A DNA stretch of 63,740 bases, filler included, from Globobulimina sp. (Eukaryota), in the NCBI GenBank assembly GCA_003354225.1. It is 25 parts of 25 records of this genome, joined end to end, with 100 filler letters (N's around TTAATTAATTAA, not from the genome) between each part and the next. Parts side by side here need not be neighbours in the genome. Positions count along the whole stretch, not along the records: positions 12,779 to 15,233 come from PIVH01006601.1; positions 15,334 to 17,787 come from PIVH01006602.1; positions 17,888 to 20,341 come from PIVH01006603.1; positions 20,442 to 22,895 come from PIVH01006604.1; positions 22,996 to 25,449 come from PIVH01006605.1; 20 more parts are not named here. The stretch is one strand, 5' to 3'. Both the position numbers and the translations under genes were made by a program. Of the stretch, positions 12,779-25,549 are shown one piece after another (the stretch's first letter is position 1; each line of letters opens with the position of its first letter). The notes below the pieces were generated by a model that was not told the origin of the DNA, ran no database searches, and saw only the letters and a list, made by a program, of their open reading frames with translations.

Positions 12779-13062
12779 ATAGTTTTGTTGTTTTTGCTTT
12801 CCCCCTTTTTAATTAATTTGATTTGTGTGCTGTTGCTTTGTGATGAGACATAACATTTTTTTTTTCTGGCGAGCGAAGCGAGCCAGGCACGAGCACGAAG
12901 TGCGAGTGTCCTTCGGAGTTCGGATCTGACTGATCACAAAAACGAGTGAAAAGATGTTTAATAATTTATCATTTATTTCATTCGAATTTTTGGGTACTCC
13001 ATTTTTGGGTACCCATAGTTTTGTTGTTTTTGCTTTCCCCCTTTTCAATTTGATTTGTGTGC
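12779..13062. repeat. About 236-bp repeat unit bounded by a ~48-bp direct repeat, with an internal GC-rich hairpin cluster
   Basis: 12779-12830 matches 13015-13062, with the first 31 bp identical. Hairpins at 12866-12925. TTTTTGGGTAC occurs twice. Confidence 0.75.
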
Positions 13063-13200
13063 GGAGGATATTTTATTTCTTGCTGTAGTATTATGTCATA
13101 GTATGTGTTACTTTTAGCGACAAAAAAAATGACTAAATAAAATATTGTATGTGTTACTATATTAATTAAATTGGCCCGAAATATACAAATTGTACCGTTT

Positions 13201-14881
13201 TTAGATAAACCCAACCATATTCATTATGGTAGAACACAACCCTCCGACCATTGCTATAAAACCAAATACAAGAATTACTACACATAATAATCTCATATTT
13301 CTTGTCAACACACGATCTTTCTTTGAAATTGTCATATAAAATATTACAGGAAACACAAATAAAACCAACATGCCACAACTCGCTTGTACCAACGCTAAAA
13401 TTTGAGCGACGTCATTAACGAATAAAGATATACACCAAACACAGGCATTTATCACAAAATAAACAACTCTCTGCGCTGCATTTGATCTAAACAAAGTCGC
13501 GGCACTTCCATCCGCACGATAAAACACTAAGTTTTTCATTGAAATTTTAACATTCCAAAATAACAACGGATATGAACCAATCATATTGAACGACATTAAA
13601 ATTCTTAATAACGCCACAATGCTGGTATTGCTTCCATTATCTAACGACTCAATAACATTTTGTTGCACATCTTCACCAAATGTGAAATAAGCAGTGACGA
13701 TCATAAACAAATTCAAAATCAATATCAAAGCAAAACTAATTGCGGTTACCTTCCAAAGTGGACAGTCGTTGCACATTAATATCATAATTAAATAATAGAA
13801 TTTATAGAATACGATAGCAATCATCATCAGGCATACAATGATTACTCCGGTGCGCAATATCCAGCGTCAGAAAACGTTGTTGTTTCTGGATATTATGCAC
13901 CGATATATATTTTTTGTAAATTCTATTATTTCACTGTCTCATGTGAACAACGTCCAATTTTGTTACCTTTGCCATTGAAGCAACGGATCTATTCACTAAT
14001 TCACCATATAACGGAGCTGTATTAAAATGCGCAAAAAAAGCAGCAGAAAAAACACCAAATGATTCCAACCAAAACCACAGAACCATCGATGATCCATTAT
14101 ATGTATTCGCCCATTGGACAGATTTATGAATAACTGGAGTCACAAAGAAATTGTAAGAAATATATGCCACTGTAATCGCAGTAGCAACCATTCCAACAAT
14201 TGATGTAAATTTTAAATTATCCAAACGAGTCAACAACGTCAATGGGAACAAAACAGCAAACATAGTTACTGTCAAAATGAAGCATTTTGTAGCTATAAAT
14301 GACGTAAATGAAGTAATATGTATTTCTGTTATAATTTGCTCGTTGATAAATATGCCATATTCAGACAAACCGTTCGATATAAAATCACCAATATACACTA
14401 AAAATAATACGCAGCACATGATGGAAAACACAATCAATACGAAATCAGTAAATAATGCAAAGTTTTGCCCATAAATTTTTAGTCCAATGTCTCTAAATTC
14501 GAATACTCGCAAACGTTCAGCAGCTTTCACCAAAAATATCCAACAGATAAAAGAAAAGATCATGGATATGAATAAGAGAAAGAGTGTGGGTAATAAGCCA
14601 ATATTGGCAGTGGCCCACGGAAGGTTTAGAATGCCGATACCCACGGCCGATTTGACAATGCTAAAGCCAATGGACCAGGGCGATGCGCGTCTGCCAATAA
14701 TATGTGATAATGTCGGATCATGCAATAATTTGTGTAGTGGCACTTTGAGGTCTGAATATGAGGGATCATCGCTTCTTGTGATTGGTTTTGGTTTGACACT
14801 CTCCAATGGAATGGATCCGTAATTATTCTGTGCTAAATCATTGCCTACGGATTTAAGTCGATCGTAGACTTTGATAGACAT
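13201..14881 (-). CDS. Amino acid transporter (Aa_trans / SLC38-like), two exons
   Basis: Motifs IVKSAVGIGILNLPWA, FPLTLL..LDNLKFTS, AFFAHFN and AYFTFG. Removing intron 13750-13966 joins the two ORFs in frame (MAK|VTAIS). Confidence 0.9.
13750..13966 (-). mobile_element. Introner-like intron (TIR element with a target-site duplication)
   Basis: GTTACCTT occurs at 13745-13752 and 13962-13969. Imperfect TIRs lie at 13753-13776 and 13941-13962. Confidence 0.65.
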
Positions 14882-15055
14882 CTCTTTGCAAAAAAAAAAT
14901 GAGAAAGTTTTTTTCTTGACTACATCAAGAAATAATCAAACCACAAGGTGTTGTTCGGAATGTGTTAAATGTATTATTAATAATAAATTTGTTCGACAAC
15001 ATCAGCATATAAAGCAAGATTAATACAATGATATCTGATGACAACAACCATTCAT

Positions 15056-15232
15056 TTATAATATTTTTACAGCGTTTGTTTTAAAATATAATGAGACCGC
15101 AGCTCTGTATGATCCATCTTGAATGGCTAATGAATTACCAATAATTTCATCATTGATTGCAAATTGTAATGTTTTTGTGTCAAAATCTAAACACATTGTA
15201 ATAATGTCATTTTCTTTTGCTCTCCGCTTAAA
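15056..15232 (-). CDS. 3' end of a SPRY/B30.2-like domain protein (not in the ORF track)
   Basis: Manual translation: ENDIITMCLDFDTKTLQFAINDEIIG...GSYRAAVSLY..., then stop. Confidence 0.65.
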   Translation of the reverse strand, partial: FKRRAKENDIITMCLDFDTKTLQFAINDEIIGNSLAIQDGSYRAAVSLYFKTNAVKIL

Positions 15233-15333
15233 GNNNNNNNNNNNNNNNNNNNNNNNNNNNNNNNNNNNNNNNNNNNNTTAATTAATTAANNNNNNNNNNN
15301 NNNNNNNNNNNNNNNNNNNNNNNNNNNNNNNNN

Positions 15334-15912
15334 ATAAAAGATATTCTACAAAACAAACTGTACCCTTTATGTGATGAGACTGATTTTCTTTGTTTGATTC
15401 ATGGCGATGCTGTGATATCTAATGTATTGTTCCCCAAACAAGTGAATTCTGAGAATGAAAGTGATGAAAAGTATATGGAGGAATTTGGTGTAATACCATG
15501 GAAATATAAACGATGCATTTTTATTGATTGGCAAACCTATCACATTGGCTGTCCTTTTTTTGATTTAGTATCTTTATTTGATTTTATATGCATCGAATAT
15601 GGGTCAGAATTGGAAGAGAAATTATTTATTTGCTATCTAGATTATTTAATGCGTTTTGGTGTGGAATTGAAAGGAGTGCATTCTCTAAAAAATGAAAACG
15701 ATTTAGATGTTTATTATAAAATGTATAATTATTGTCAGATATGGGCCTTTTTGGTGGAATCTTCTGTGTGGTCAGGACACTTTTTTACAACACACCAATC
15801 AATCAAATCAATTCAACACCAAAAGGACAAACAAACCATGAAAATGCAACAAAAGGTGAAAAAACGACTGACTATGATGAGAGAGTTTTATCTGAAATCT
15901 AACATCAGTTAA
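15334..15912 (+). CDS. APH/choline-kinase-like (EcKL-type) phosphotransferase, 5'-partial
   Basis: Brenner motif LIHGD....N followed by FIDWQ....G.P..DL. Confidence 0.75.
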   Translation: MKDILQNKLYPLCDETDFLCLIHGDAVISNVLFPKQVNSENESDEKYMEEFGVIPWKYKRCIFIDWQTYHIGCPFFDLVSLFDFICIEYGSELEEKLFICYLDYLMRFGVELKGVHSLKNENDLDVYYKMYNYCQIWAFLVESSVWSGHFFTTHQSIKSIQHQKDKQTMKMQQKVKKRLTMMREFYLKSNIS

Positions 15913-15951
15913 TTTAAAAACGTACTAGTAGTCGATTTTTGTACATTCCTA

Positions 15952-17787
15952 ATGTCGGATGCTTTGGTAGCAGCACTAGAATGGCTTTTGATTACAGTCT
16001 TAGTAGTATTCTCTGGTTTATTTTCAGGATTAAACCTAGGTTTAATGAGTTTAGATACGTTTGGATTAGAAATTGTACTGTCGTCCGATAACGAAGGACA
16101 TATAGCCGCAGCCAAGAAAATTAAACCCTTACGTACCAGAGGAAACTGGTTGTTATGTACCTTATTATTGGGCAATGTCGGTGTAAACTCAGCTCTCGCC
16201 ATCTTATTAGCAGATAAAACAGATGGAACCGCTGGGTTTTTAATCTCCACCGCATTGATTGTAATGTTCGGTGAGATTATCCCTCAAGCAATCTGTTCTC
16301 GGTACCCTTTAGAAGTAGGCTCGAAAACGATTTGGATCGTGTGGCCGATCATGTTTTTATTAGCACCCATTGCCTATCCAATTGCTTTTGTTTTAGATAA
16401 AATATTAGGCGAGGAATTAGGTACAATTTATTCCAAAAGAGAGCTAACGAAAGTCGTGGATTATACGGCCAAATATCGGCCGCAATCTATGGACGACGAC
16501 ACTGCCGCAATGTTAAAAGGTGCGTTGTTATTAAGTCGCCGAAATGTGCGCGATGTTTATACAGAAATGAAGAACGTTTATTGGCTGAATGAGAATGAAA
16601 TATTATCCTTCGATGTCTTGACGAAAATATTCAAGTTAGGACATTCCAGAATTCCTGTTTTCAGATACGAGGAGAATGGGAATGTGCCATATTGCATCGG
16701 GTTATTATACGTAAAAGATTTGATTTTGGTCGATCCCGATGACAATATCCCAATTACGAAAATCTTAGAAACATTCGACCACCATCACTCACCGATAGAT
16801 GTCTGGAAATCTGACAATTTGCAAACAACACTAAAATTATTCATCGACACCTGTCAACATTTAGCATTCGTGAAAGAAAATGTCATTCGTGAGATGGACG
16901 CGGAAGTGGAAGAGGCCGGGAATGAAGATGTAGAATTCCAATATGTCGGTATTATTACTTTAGAAGATGTGATTGAAGAAATATTAAAACAGGAAGTCGT
17001 GGACGAATACGATGAAACGCACAAAATAAATTGGGATAATTCCATACTAAACCAAAATAATAATAAAAAATCGTTTAACAAGCAAAAAACACCCGTTCCA
17101 TATATGGCTCCAATACGACAACAACAACAACACCAAGAATTTGTCCCTGTTATGGTTAAGATTTTGAATGAGAATAAAAAAACGTTTATCGGCTCACCGT
17201 ATATGATGGCACAGCCATTTATGAGTAAAGGTATTGAACAGTCATTGTCCTCTTTTAAATCGCTGAAATTAAACAAAGAAAAGGAAATCAGCGTAAATGA
17301 GGATGGCCAACCGGATGACTTTGGCGATGATATCAGTTTTGTACCACAAACCGTCGACGAATCTAAATCTGACGATATGTTTAACATTGATTATGACGCC
17401 GAACAACAACCAAATGATAAACTTAAAATTCCTCACTCAACTGCGCGGATTCGGAGTATTCCTGAAATTAAATCGTATTTAGAACATTTTATACCAAAGT
17501 TATCCTTTACAACCACCATTTTATGCCTATTTATTAAACCTTTATTCATTTCTGTCAATATATTTTTTATTGTTTATCTGTTTCATGCGGAAATGCTGGC
17601 CAACCAATTGATGATTTCTTTAAATTTCGAAGGGACGTTTTTGCGCAAACAAGCCATAAAAGTTATGATCGTCGTAGAGTTTGTTGGTTTGATGATTTTA
17701 TTTTTGTGTGCAATTATTTCGTTTTTTAAACACAATTATGCCATCACCGTCGATTGTATTCGTTGGACCGGTTCGTGGTCCATATTT
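15952..17787 (+). CDS. CNNM/DUF21 plus CBS-pair metal transporter, 3'-partial
   Basis: Motifs FSGLFSGLNLGLMSLD, LLCTLLLGNV, FGEIIPQAIC, GHSRIPV, VKDL and GIITLEDVIEEI. Confidence 0.93.
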
Positions 17788-17887
17788 NNNNNNNNNNNNN
17801 NNNNNNNNNNNNNNNNNNNNNNNNNNNNNNNTTAATTAATTAANNNNNNNNNNNNNNNNNNNNNNNNNNNNNNNNNNNNNNNNNNNN

Positions 17888-19614
17888 TCATCAAATGTTC
17901 TCTCTTTCATAACTTTAATCAGCATCTCACCTTCAAACCAAATTTTTGTATAATATTTGCATTTTAAAACAGCTTTTAATAATTTATGTTTCCGTCTGTC
18001 CATTAACTTATCAATTAATAAAAACGATGCTTTCCTATTTATTTGCCCTCTGTATAATGGCAACAAACAATTAACAATTTTTGCATTTGTTTGAGTCAAA
18101 ATACATTCAACAAATTTATCTGCAGCATTATGACCTGATTTATCCGTAAATGTTATCTTTAAATTCCGAAACAACGTTTTATATTCAGGCGATAAACATA
18201 TTTTATCCACAAAATATGTAATCCAATTCATCTCTCCTTCAAATATCCATTCTAAACAACTTTTGATTAGCTCACCGTCTTCGAAATTGTCATATAAATA
18301 GTTATAACCTGCTTTGTCACATATTAAATTTGAATAAATTTCATTCACAATCTCAGTGGGGATATTTCTTAATGATTCTTTCAAAATATTTAATAAATCA
18401 AACCTGATATCCTTTGTCATTTCTCGTATTAAAATAAAAGTTGGACACCATTGATAAATCAAATCAATATTCTTATTGCGCTTTTTTTGGTCAATTAATT
18501 TTTTTGGTATCTTATTCCAATGAGTTAATAAGAATTGTTTTCTCCATTTTTGCTGGCTGAACGCAGGGAATTTATTCCGATATCCATATCTTGTCGATTT
18601 AGCTAACAATGAATAGTGATAAGGATAATACTCAAACCATTCCAATATGGAACAGTCACTCCATATCAATTCACGTAGAGCCTCGAAAGGGGGGATAACA
18701 ATGGTTTTGTCTGGATTATCATTCCAAAAACCTCCAAAATATATAACCGGATGCGACGGATTGTACGCAGATGACCAACGATGTACATTTTGTGGGAATA
18801 CACTAATCAGCGCTGGTTTCATTGGCTCGCCACTCCATGAAAATGAATAATTTATAATATGCAGTATTTTTTTGGCGATTTCTTTTGGAGTAAACATATT
18901 TTTCATGGCAGCGGATAAATGATATATTGTTCGAAATCCACAACTTTTATCGCCATTATTTATTGAATGTTGATATGGTTTCTCTGTCTCGACGTTTTTT
19001 TGCCATTCATGGTATATTTCAGTTAATTCTTTTGTAACTTGAGATTGATTATATTTTGGAAATGGATTAATTGTTGGATTTACGCCAATATCTAATAAAT
19101 AATCAAGTAATTGTAAGCATTTTATCACTAAATTCTTGTCTTTTTTATTTTCTTCATCATTTGGATTGTTATGCATGTAAATAATAACCAATATGACTCC
19201 TATTAAATTGCAAGGAACTGTATCGAATGTAGTGCTGTCCCACTGTCCCATTATAATGTATTTTAATTCTATTGGATATTCAAAATGCATTTCATAATAA
19301 TCATTCAATGATTCCTTGCATTCAGTTGTATGTATTGATTGATGTTTGCTCATTTTATTCAAATTTGCTCTAAATATATCCATTGCTTGTTGCATATTTG
19401 ATACATGTTTTGTGTCCGTTTCATTTTCATTTCCATTTTGAGCATATTCACTCAGCGTAGATAAACATGTTTCTATTGCACCAATAAATGATGTGATGCA
19501 TGCCTTGAGTTCGCATGGAATTGATGTAGTTTTCGTTTCATTATATTCAACATCATCACTAACATCGTCTTCTGGCCTCTTGTTAACAACATACGGCTTG
19601 TTAATCTCACTCAT
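17888..19614 (-). CDS. Hypothetical protein, 3'-partial
   Basis: Open frame of about 575 codons from an ATG. No family recognised. Confidence 0.7.
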
Positions 19615-19669
19615 GCTCTTTCTTAGAAAAATTTTCTTAAAAAAACAGAAAAACTACAAAGTCCTCAAC

Positions 19670-20341
19670 ATGGCAGAGATAGACACTTCAGTCAGCGTTA
19701 AGGCACCAGTTTTAACAACATTACTAAACAATGCCACAAATGCATCACCGGAATCCAGTGACATAACTGATGCTAAGCATGGTGATAGTAATGACAACAA
19801 CAGTTTAAACGCAAGAAACACAGTATCCATCCCTCAAGACGCAATATGTCGCATTTGCCGTGGCAGCCATAGCGATGATAAACCATTATATCATCCATGT
19901 CTATGTTCTGGAACAATTAAATACATTCATGAGCCATGTCTCTCTGAATGGCTTCAAGTTAATTACAATAATAAAACATTTCTGTCGTGGCGCAATTTCG
20001 CAAAAACCACCACCAAACTCATAGCATTCAGGCACTAATAAATGTGAAGTCTGTCAACGAGAATACGAATATAATTTAGATTGGGGATCAAAAGAGAAAA
20101 ACCTCAAAATGATGAATATTGTACGCAAAAGAGATTTTATTTATTATTTTATAAAGACAGTGTTGCACTCTTTGCTGAGGTCATTGCGTGTTTTATTTGT
20201 ATTATTTTTATGGTTTCTTGTGTTTATATTAAACACCTTAATGATATCACCATTTCTGCCCACAAAATTAATAAATTTTATATTTTTCCCATCCGACACC
20301 ACTCAGTTTATCGCCAAATATCATGCCAACCTATTCATTGA
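19670..20341 (+). CDS. RINGv (RING-CH) membrane E3 ligase, MARCH6/Doa10-like, 3'-partial
   Basis: CRICR...LYHPCLCSGTIKYIHEPCLSEWLQ|HSGTNKCEVC after removing intron 19958-20024. TM helices follow. Confidence 0.88.
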
Positions 20342-20441
20342 NNNNNNNNNNNNNNNNNNNNNNNNNNNNNNNNNNNNNNNNNNNNTTAATTAATTAANNN
20401 NNNNNNNNNNNNNNNNNNNNNNNNNNNNNNNNNNNNNNNNN

Positions 20442-22114
20442 TCCGCCGTCCTCTCCACCACGTGGATCATAGTGCCCCGGTGTTCGTGGGACGCGGTGAT
20501 ATCCAAAAAAGTGATATCCAGAAATGAGTTACTTACTTCATATCCACCTAAATAAAAATCGTCATATTTATTTTCAACCAATTCCGTATTGTTAATCACT
20601 CCAAAAATAACACCTTCTTTACTAAATTGAACAGCATGAATTAAGCCAACTGCATCCTGATAAACATTCAACTGTTTTATGTCACCAATCTCACCAACGA
20701 TACCATGAAATGATTCAATGTCTACATTTAGAATATTATCAGCTGATATTTTCATATTATTCACAGTATAATTATTGCCATACATATCCCCATAAATGCG
20801 ATCGCCTTTAAACTCATAAATAAATTGTATGCCATTAATTAAACTAAATCTATCCAGCTCAATCCTGGAAGTATTCAAATCTTCATATATTGTCATAATT
20901 GAATACCATATGTTTGCATCAATAACGGGTAAAACATTCCATTCTTCGAAATGTGCCATATTATCCATACTGTATTGATAGTTATAATCAGCATAAAAAG
21001 TATTGCTTTCTGTTAATTCATTATATTGATTCAGATTATTGACACCTATATCCTCTACAAAACCTACTCTGACTTCGTCTGTCAGAAATATAACAACCAC
21101 CGTCAGAATTGTTACTATTACACTCCCGCAATAACCGCATGCAAAACCCTTTCCAAGTCACAAAAATAACATTATTTGATATTAAAGTTTTTGAATAAAA
21201 ACAAAGAGAAACAAACCCATTCGGATATATCATCTTGTAATGTTACCAGTAATTTCTTTTTTGTCACAGCATTAATATCGTCTTTTGCATCTGGAAATAT
21301 TTCCGCAGTCTCATGTTTTTCCATTAACTCGATCTCTGAGCGGCTATCCACATTTTGATTTCTTTCCAATCGTTTAACCCTCCAATGATTTTGAACAAGT
21401 TCGAGTAAAAACGCATTATAAAATATCAAGGATAAACCGTAAGGAATAGTACTTATTACACCCCACATTCCAGCAAACAGCCAAAACGTTTCTGAGCCAA
21501 AAAATATCCAACACATCATCATAATTTGTGCAATAACTGCTGTAATTCGATATAAATATATTTTATAATTTGCATAATCTGCCAAGCCACTAAATAATAT
21601 GTATGCGATCGCTTGAAATCCACTGCTTATAGATATCATTGACGATGCATAACTTTCTGGTTTTAATTGCCAGGAACCCAATGATACTCGCAATGTGTAA
21701 TCAGAATTAATTGCTTTATCATTCCAATCACATCCATACGCCGTGTTATTTAAACACGAATAACGGGTTGCCACTAAACAATTAATTAATATTAATATTA
21801 AATAAAAGTATGACATGTACCAGCAACTTAACTTAATGTCAGGAACACTGGAAATACGAAAGCCAGAGCAACACCATTTGTTGGTGAATTAGCCCAATCA
21901 AATAGCCACCTTTTTTTTATTAATTATTAAATATGCAGAATTGCAGATTAACATTTTTGTAATGGACATACCAAGAAACGATTTCTTTGCGTGTTGTCAT
22001 TTCTACATATTCATTTGTTGCATGTTCCATCTGTTCAGCATTATAAGTACTGTCATCTGGCGTTTCTTTATCTTTTAATTGAAATAATGTTTTATCAACA
22101 CCTTCTAGTGCCAT
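20442..22114 (-). CDS. Atg22/UMF1-like MFS transporter, spliced, 3'-partial
   Basis: KEIVSW / LFDWANSP across an intron, plus SGLADY, FYNAFL..LV and DDIS. Confidence 0.72.
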
Positions 22115-22518
22115 GATGAAGCTTTAAGTGATTTTCTAGTATAAAACTTTTTAAAACTTTTGTTGTTGTTGTTGTGTGTAATTAAACAAAAAAGGCGGCT
22201 GTGTCACAAATTTAGCGAATTATTATCATCATAATCACTAAATTTATATTAACATCATATACCAATCTGATACGTATACAGTATGATCTAATTATTATAT
22301 GATAGATTCTAATATATATGATCCCTGGACATCAAAAATAACGCACAACTTCACAAACTGGTATAAAAAACATCTAGGGTTCAAAATCAGCTTTTATAAG
22401 ACCAGCTGCAGACACATGATGCCTAGTGTTGCAGCTCGAGCTTATTTGACAAATTCAAGGAAAAAAACATTCTTATTCTGTGAGCCGGCTCGAAACTGAG
22501 TATAAAAACTGTGCGATC

Positions 22519-22895
22519 ATGTCGGTCAATGACGAATCAAATTGTGAACATTACGACTCATGTTTAGGATTTGAAGATGATAGAACCGTGACTGCATTAG
22601 GTATTGGGGTTTTATTAGTGGTTATTTTTTTATTTATCGCATCTCTATGGCATCGAAATTCAAATTTGGAACATTTATTATTTATAACGTCTCGATATTA
22701 TTTATATTTTTATTTTGTCTGCATAATAAATTTCATTATAATTTTAGTATCAGTCTCGTTTTTTAATTATACAAATTATTATTCGCAAATATCAGTTGGT
22801 GGCACATTAATATTAACATCGGCTTCGACAATGTTAATAAACATAATTGGCTGTAAATATTATCGCTCATATTTAATTATGAAGAAATTATCTTT
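22519..22895 (+). CDS. Multi-pass membrane protein, 3'-partial
   Basis: Three hydrophobic helices. The frame is open to the contig end. Confidence 0.5.
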
Positions 22896-23232
22896 NNNNN
22901 NNNNNNNNNNNNNNNNNNNNNNNNNNNNNNNNNNNNNNNTTAATTAATTAANNNNNNNNNNNNNNNNNNNNNNNNNNNNNNNNNNNNNNNNNNNNTCTGA
23001 TTGATACAATACACACACAATAACAAACACACAAAGCAAGCAAAATGACGACAGAGTTAGTGTGCTGATGTCAACTTGACATCTTCGAATACTAGGTTGA
23101 AAACCACTCTAGCTAACCCTAAATGTAGCCTAATGTAGGCGCAAAAAACTTAGTCAATCACAAAAGAAGTGTTTGGAAGTGTGAACCTGATATCGCCATC
23201 AATAAATCCATTACTTCGCATCAACAAAAAAT

Positions 23233-23473
23233 GAGCCTACACAAGTTAATTAGTCACTATGTGACTATTTAGTGACTATTTGTGACTATTTGTGACTTTT
23301 TAGTGACAAAAACGAAAATGAACAACTATTTAGTAACTATTTCAATACAAAAACGAAAATATGCAACTATTTAGTGACTATTTCAATACAAAAACGGAAA
23401 ATGGTAACTATTTAGTCAACTATTTAGGAAACCTAGGCAACTATTTAGGCGACTATTTAACTTGTGTAGGCTC
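23233..23473. mobile_element. MITE (241 bp) with 23-bp TIRs and an 8-bp TSD
   Basis: GAGCCTACACAAGTTAA(T/A)TAGTC at both ends, inverted. CAAAAAAT at 23225-23232 and 23474-23481. Internal (G/A)ACTATTT repeats. Confidence 0.88.
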
Positions 23474-23710
23474 CAAAAAATATATTTAATTTAGCGGCAA
23501 AAAGATATTACAGTCCAAAGTGATGACGTTAAAGTTGCAGACCTATTATAATGATTAAGTGTTACACACACATACATATTGCGAACTACCCATAATATTA
23601 TTGACAGAAAGAAAAAAGATGGATGACTGTAATTAAATTACAAAAACAAAGACAAAGACCTACAGATTATTAAAAATAAGTGTGTTAAATATGTCACATC
23701 AACTCATTTA

Positions 23711-25449
23711 TTAACCATATATACCACCACCCATATTTGAAGGAGGAGGTTGTCCGCCAACACCCATATTATTCATATTTTGCGGTGCGAAGCCACTTTG
23801 TTGATTTTGTCCAAACATTTGTGGATTACCGGGACCCGCAATCATTAATCGAGTACCAACAAAATTCTTTGCCGCAGCATTTATCGCATCATTTTTAGCG
23901 TCTTCTTGTTGTTTTTGATCATCTGCAATTTTTTGTTCTTGTTGTTGTATTTTTTGATACAAAGTATCCAATTTATCATTAAATGTACGAAAGGTTTGAA
24001 CCATATACGGCATACAGAATTGTGTCAATTGATATCGCCACGATAGCTCCAACACAATATCTGGTCGAATTAAATTATAACACGTAAATAGACACGCCGC
24101 GAAACATGATTTTGGGCATTTAGCCGACGACGCTAGATTCTCAACGAAAAATCGTAATAATTCCTCCGCTAACGGTGGATCTTGAGATAACTGCGCCGTT
24201 TCCATGGCGTCTTGCCATAAACCATCTTGTTTGGACAATGCAATGGAAGTCGTCCATCTCTTATTGGTTCGATATAAATGAGCCGCAATACGGCGAAACT
24301 CCAATAATTGATGTTTTTGTAATTGCTGTGCTAATGCAATCTGATCAAACGCATCATAATCTTGTATAGATTCCCGTAATTGTCTGTAATTTTCTTCCTG
24401 TACTAATAACTCATTCACAGCTTCATTGACCACCGCAATATTATCTCTCTGTACATGCAATAAATATTGTTGAATAAGGGATAAATTGCGCGATAACCGG
24501 ATGGTTTGAACCACTCTCTTATGGTCTAATTTGGTGGATAATTCAATCAATAATTCCGATAAATATAATGGCTGTTCGCGTAAATAAAAATTAATGGCCC
24601 GGTAAAAAACTTCCGTATTACTGACGCGTACAATGATCCCTTTAAATTGTTCATGGTCCCAACAAGTCGGCGAATGCTGAATCATGGAATCTGCCGCATT
24701 GTCGAATTGATCATAGTGTGTATACAAAAACACAGTCTCTTTCCAATGCAAATTGTCTTTGCACGCTTGCAACAAAGTTGGTATATTCAAGCGCGACCAG
24801 AACAAATTGATATGTTCCATCAATTTGATTTCCTTATACTTCGCGTACAAAATACCTAATTGAGTATAAATGCCTTGATGGGCCCGATCTAAATTAATTC
24901 CCTGCTCCAATAAGTTGACCAACTCTGCAAAATGTCCGCCAATCTCATACTGCCGAATTAAATCATGCAAATGGTCCATAAACACGATGATATTCACGCC
25001 GCACATCTGCGCCAAGCGGAATTTGTGCGCGTCCACGCAGGCATAACACACGTCTTTCCACGTCTGGATACTGTTTGCTTTCCGCGCCGCGTCCACGGCT
25101 TCTTGGTACGACTCCAACCGCACCAAACACGACGCCAATTTCGCATAGTTGGAGATCTGCAAAAATATAATCTTGGCCGAAGCGAACAATTCCTCCACAA
25201 ACAAGCGGTCGCCCACTTTGTCCAATATCGCAGAGTGCGGAGAGGAGATAAACTTCTCCAAAGCCGCCAAATCCTCCACGTGGGCGTAGGAATAAATAAG
25301 TTCGCTGTCCACCGCCTTATCCCTCACTTTGCTGCGGGCCATGGTCAGAAATTTAATCAGTTCCTGATAAAGGCTCTGTTGTGCGAACTTATTCACCGCC
25401 AAAATCACGTCTTGATAATGCTGCGCGTCATCCGCTTTCAAAAAGGACT
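23711..25449 (-). CDS. CLTC: Clathrin heavy chain, C-terminal part
   Basis: Motifs AVDAARKANS..TWK.VC.ACVD..FRLAQMCG, HINLFWSRLNIP, LLEFRRIAAHLY and CFAACLFTCY.LIRPD.VLEL.W. Confidence 0.97.
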
Positions 25450-25549
25450 NNNNNNNNNNNNNNNNNNNNNNNNNNNNNNNNNNNNNNNNNNNNTTAATTA
25501 ATTAANNNNNNNNNNNNNNNNNNNNNNNNNNNNNNNNNNNNNNNNNNNN

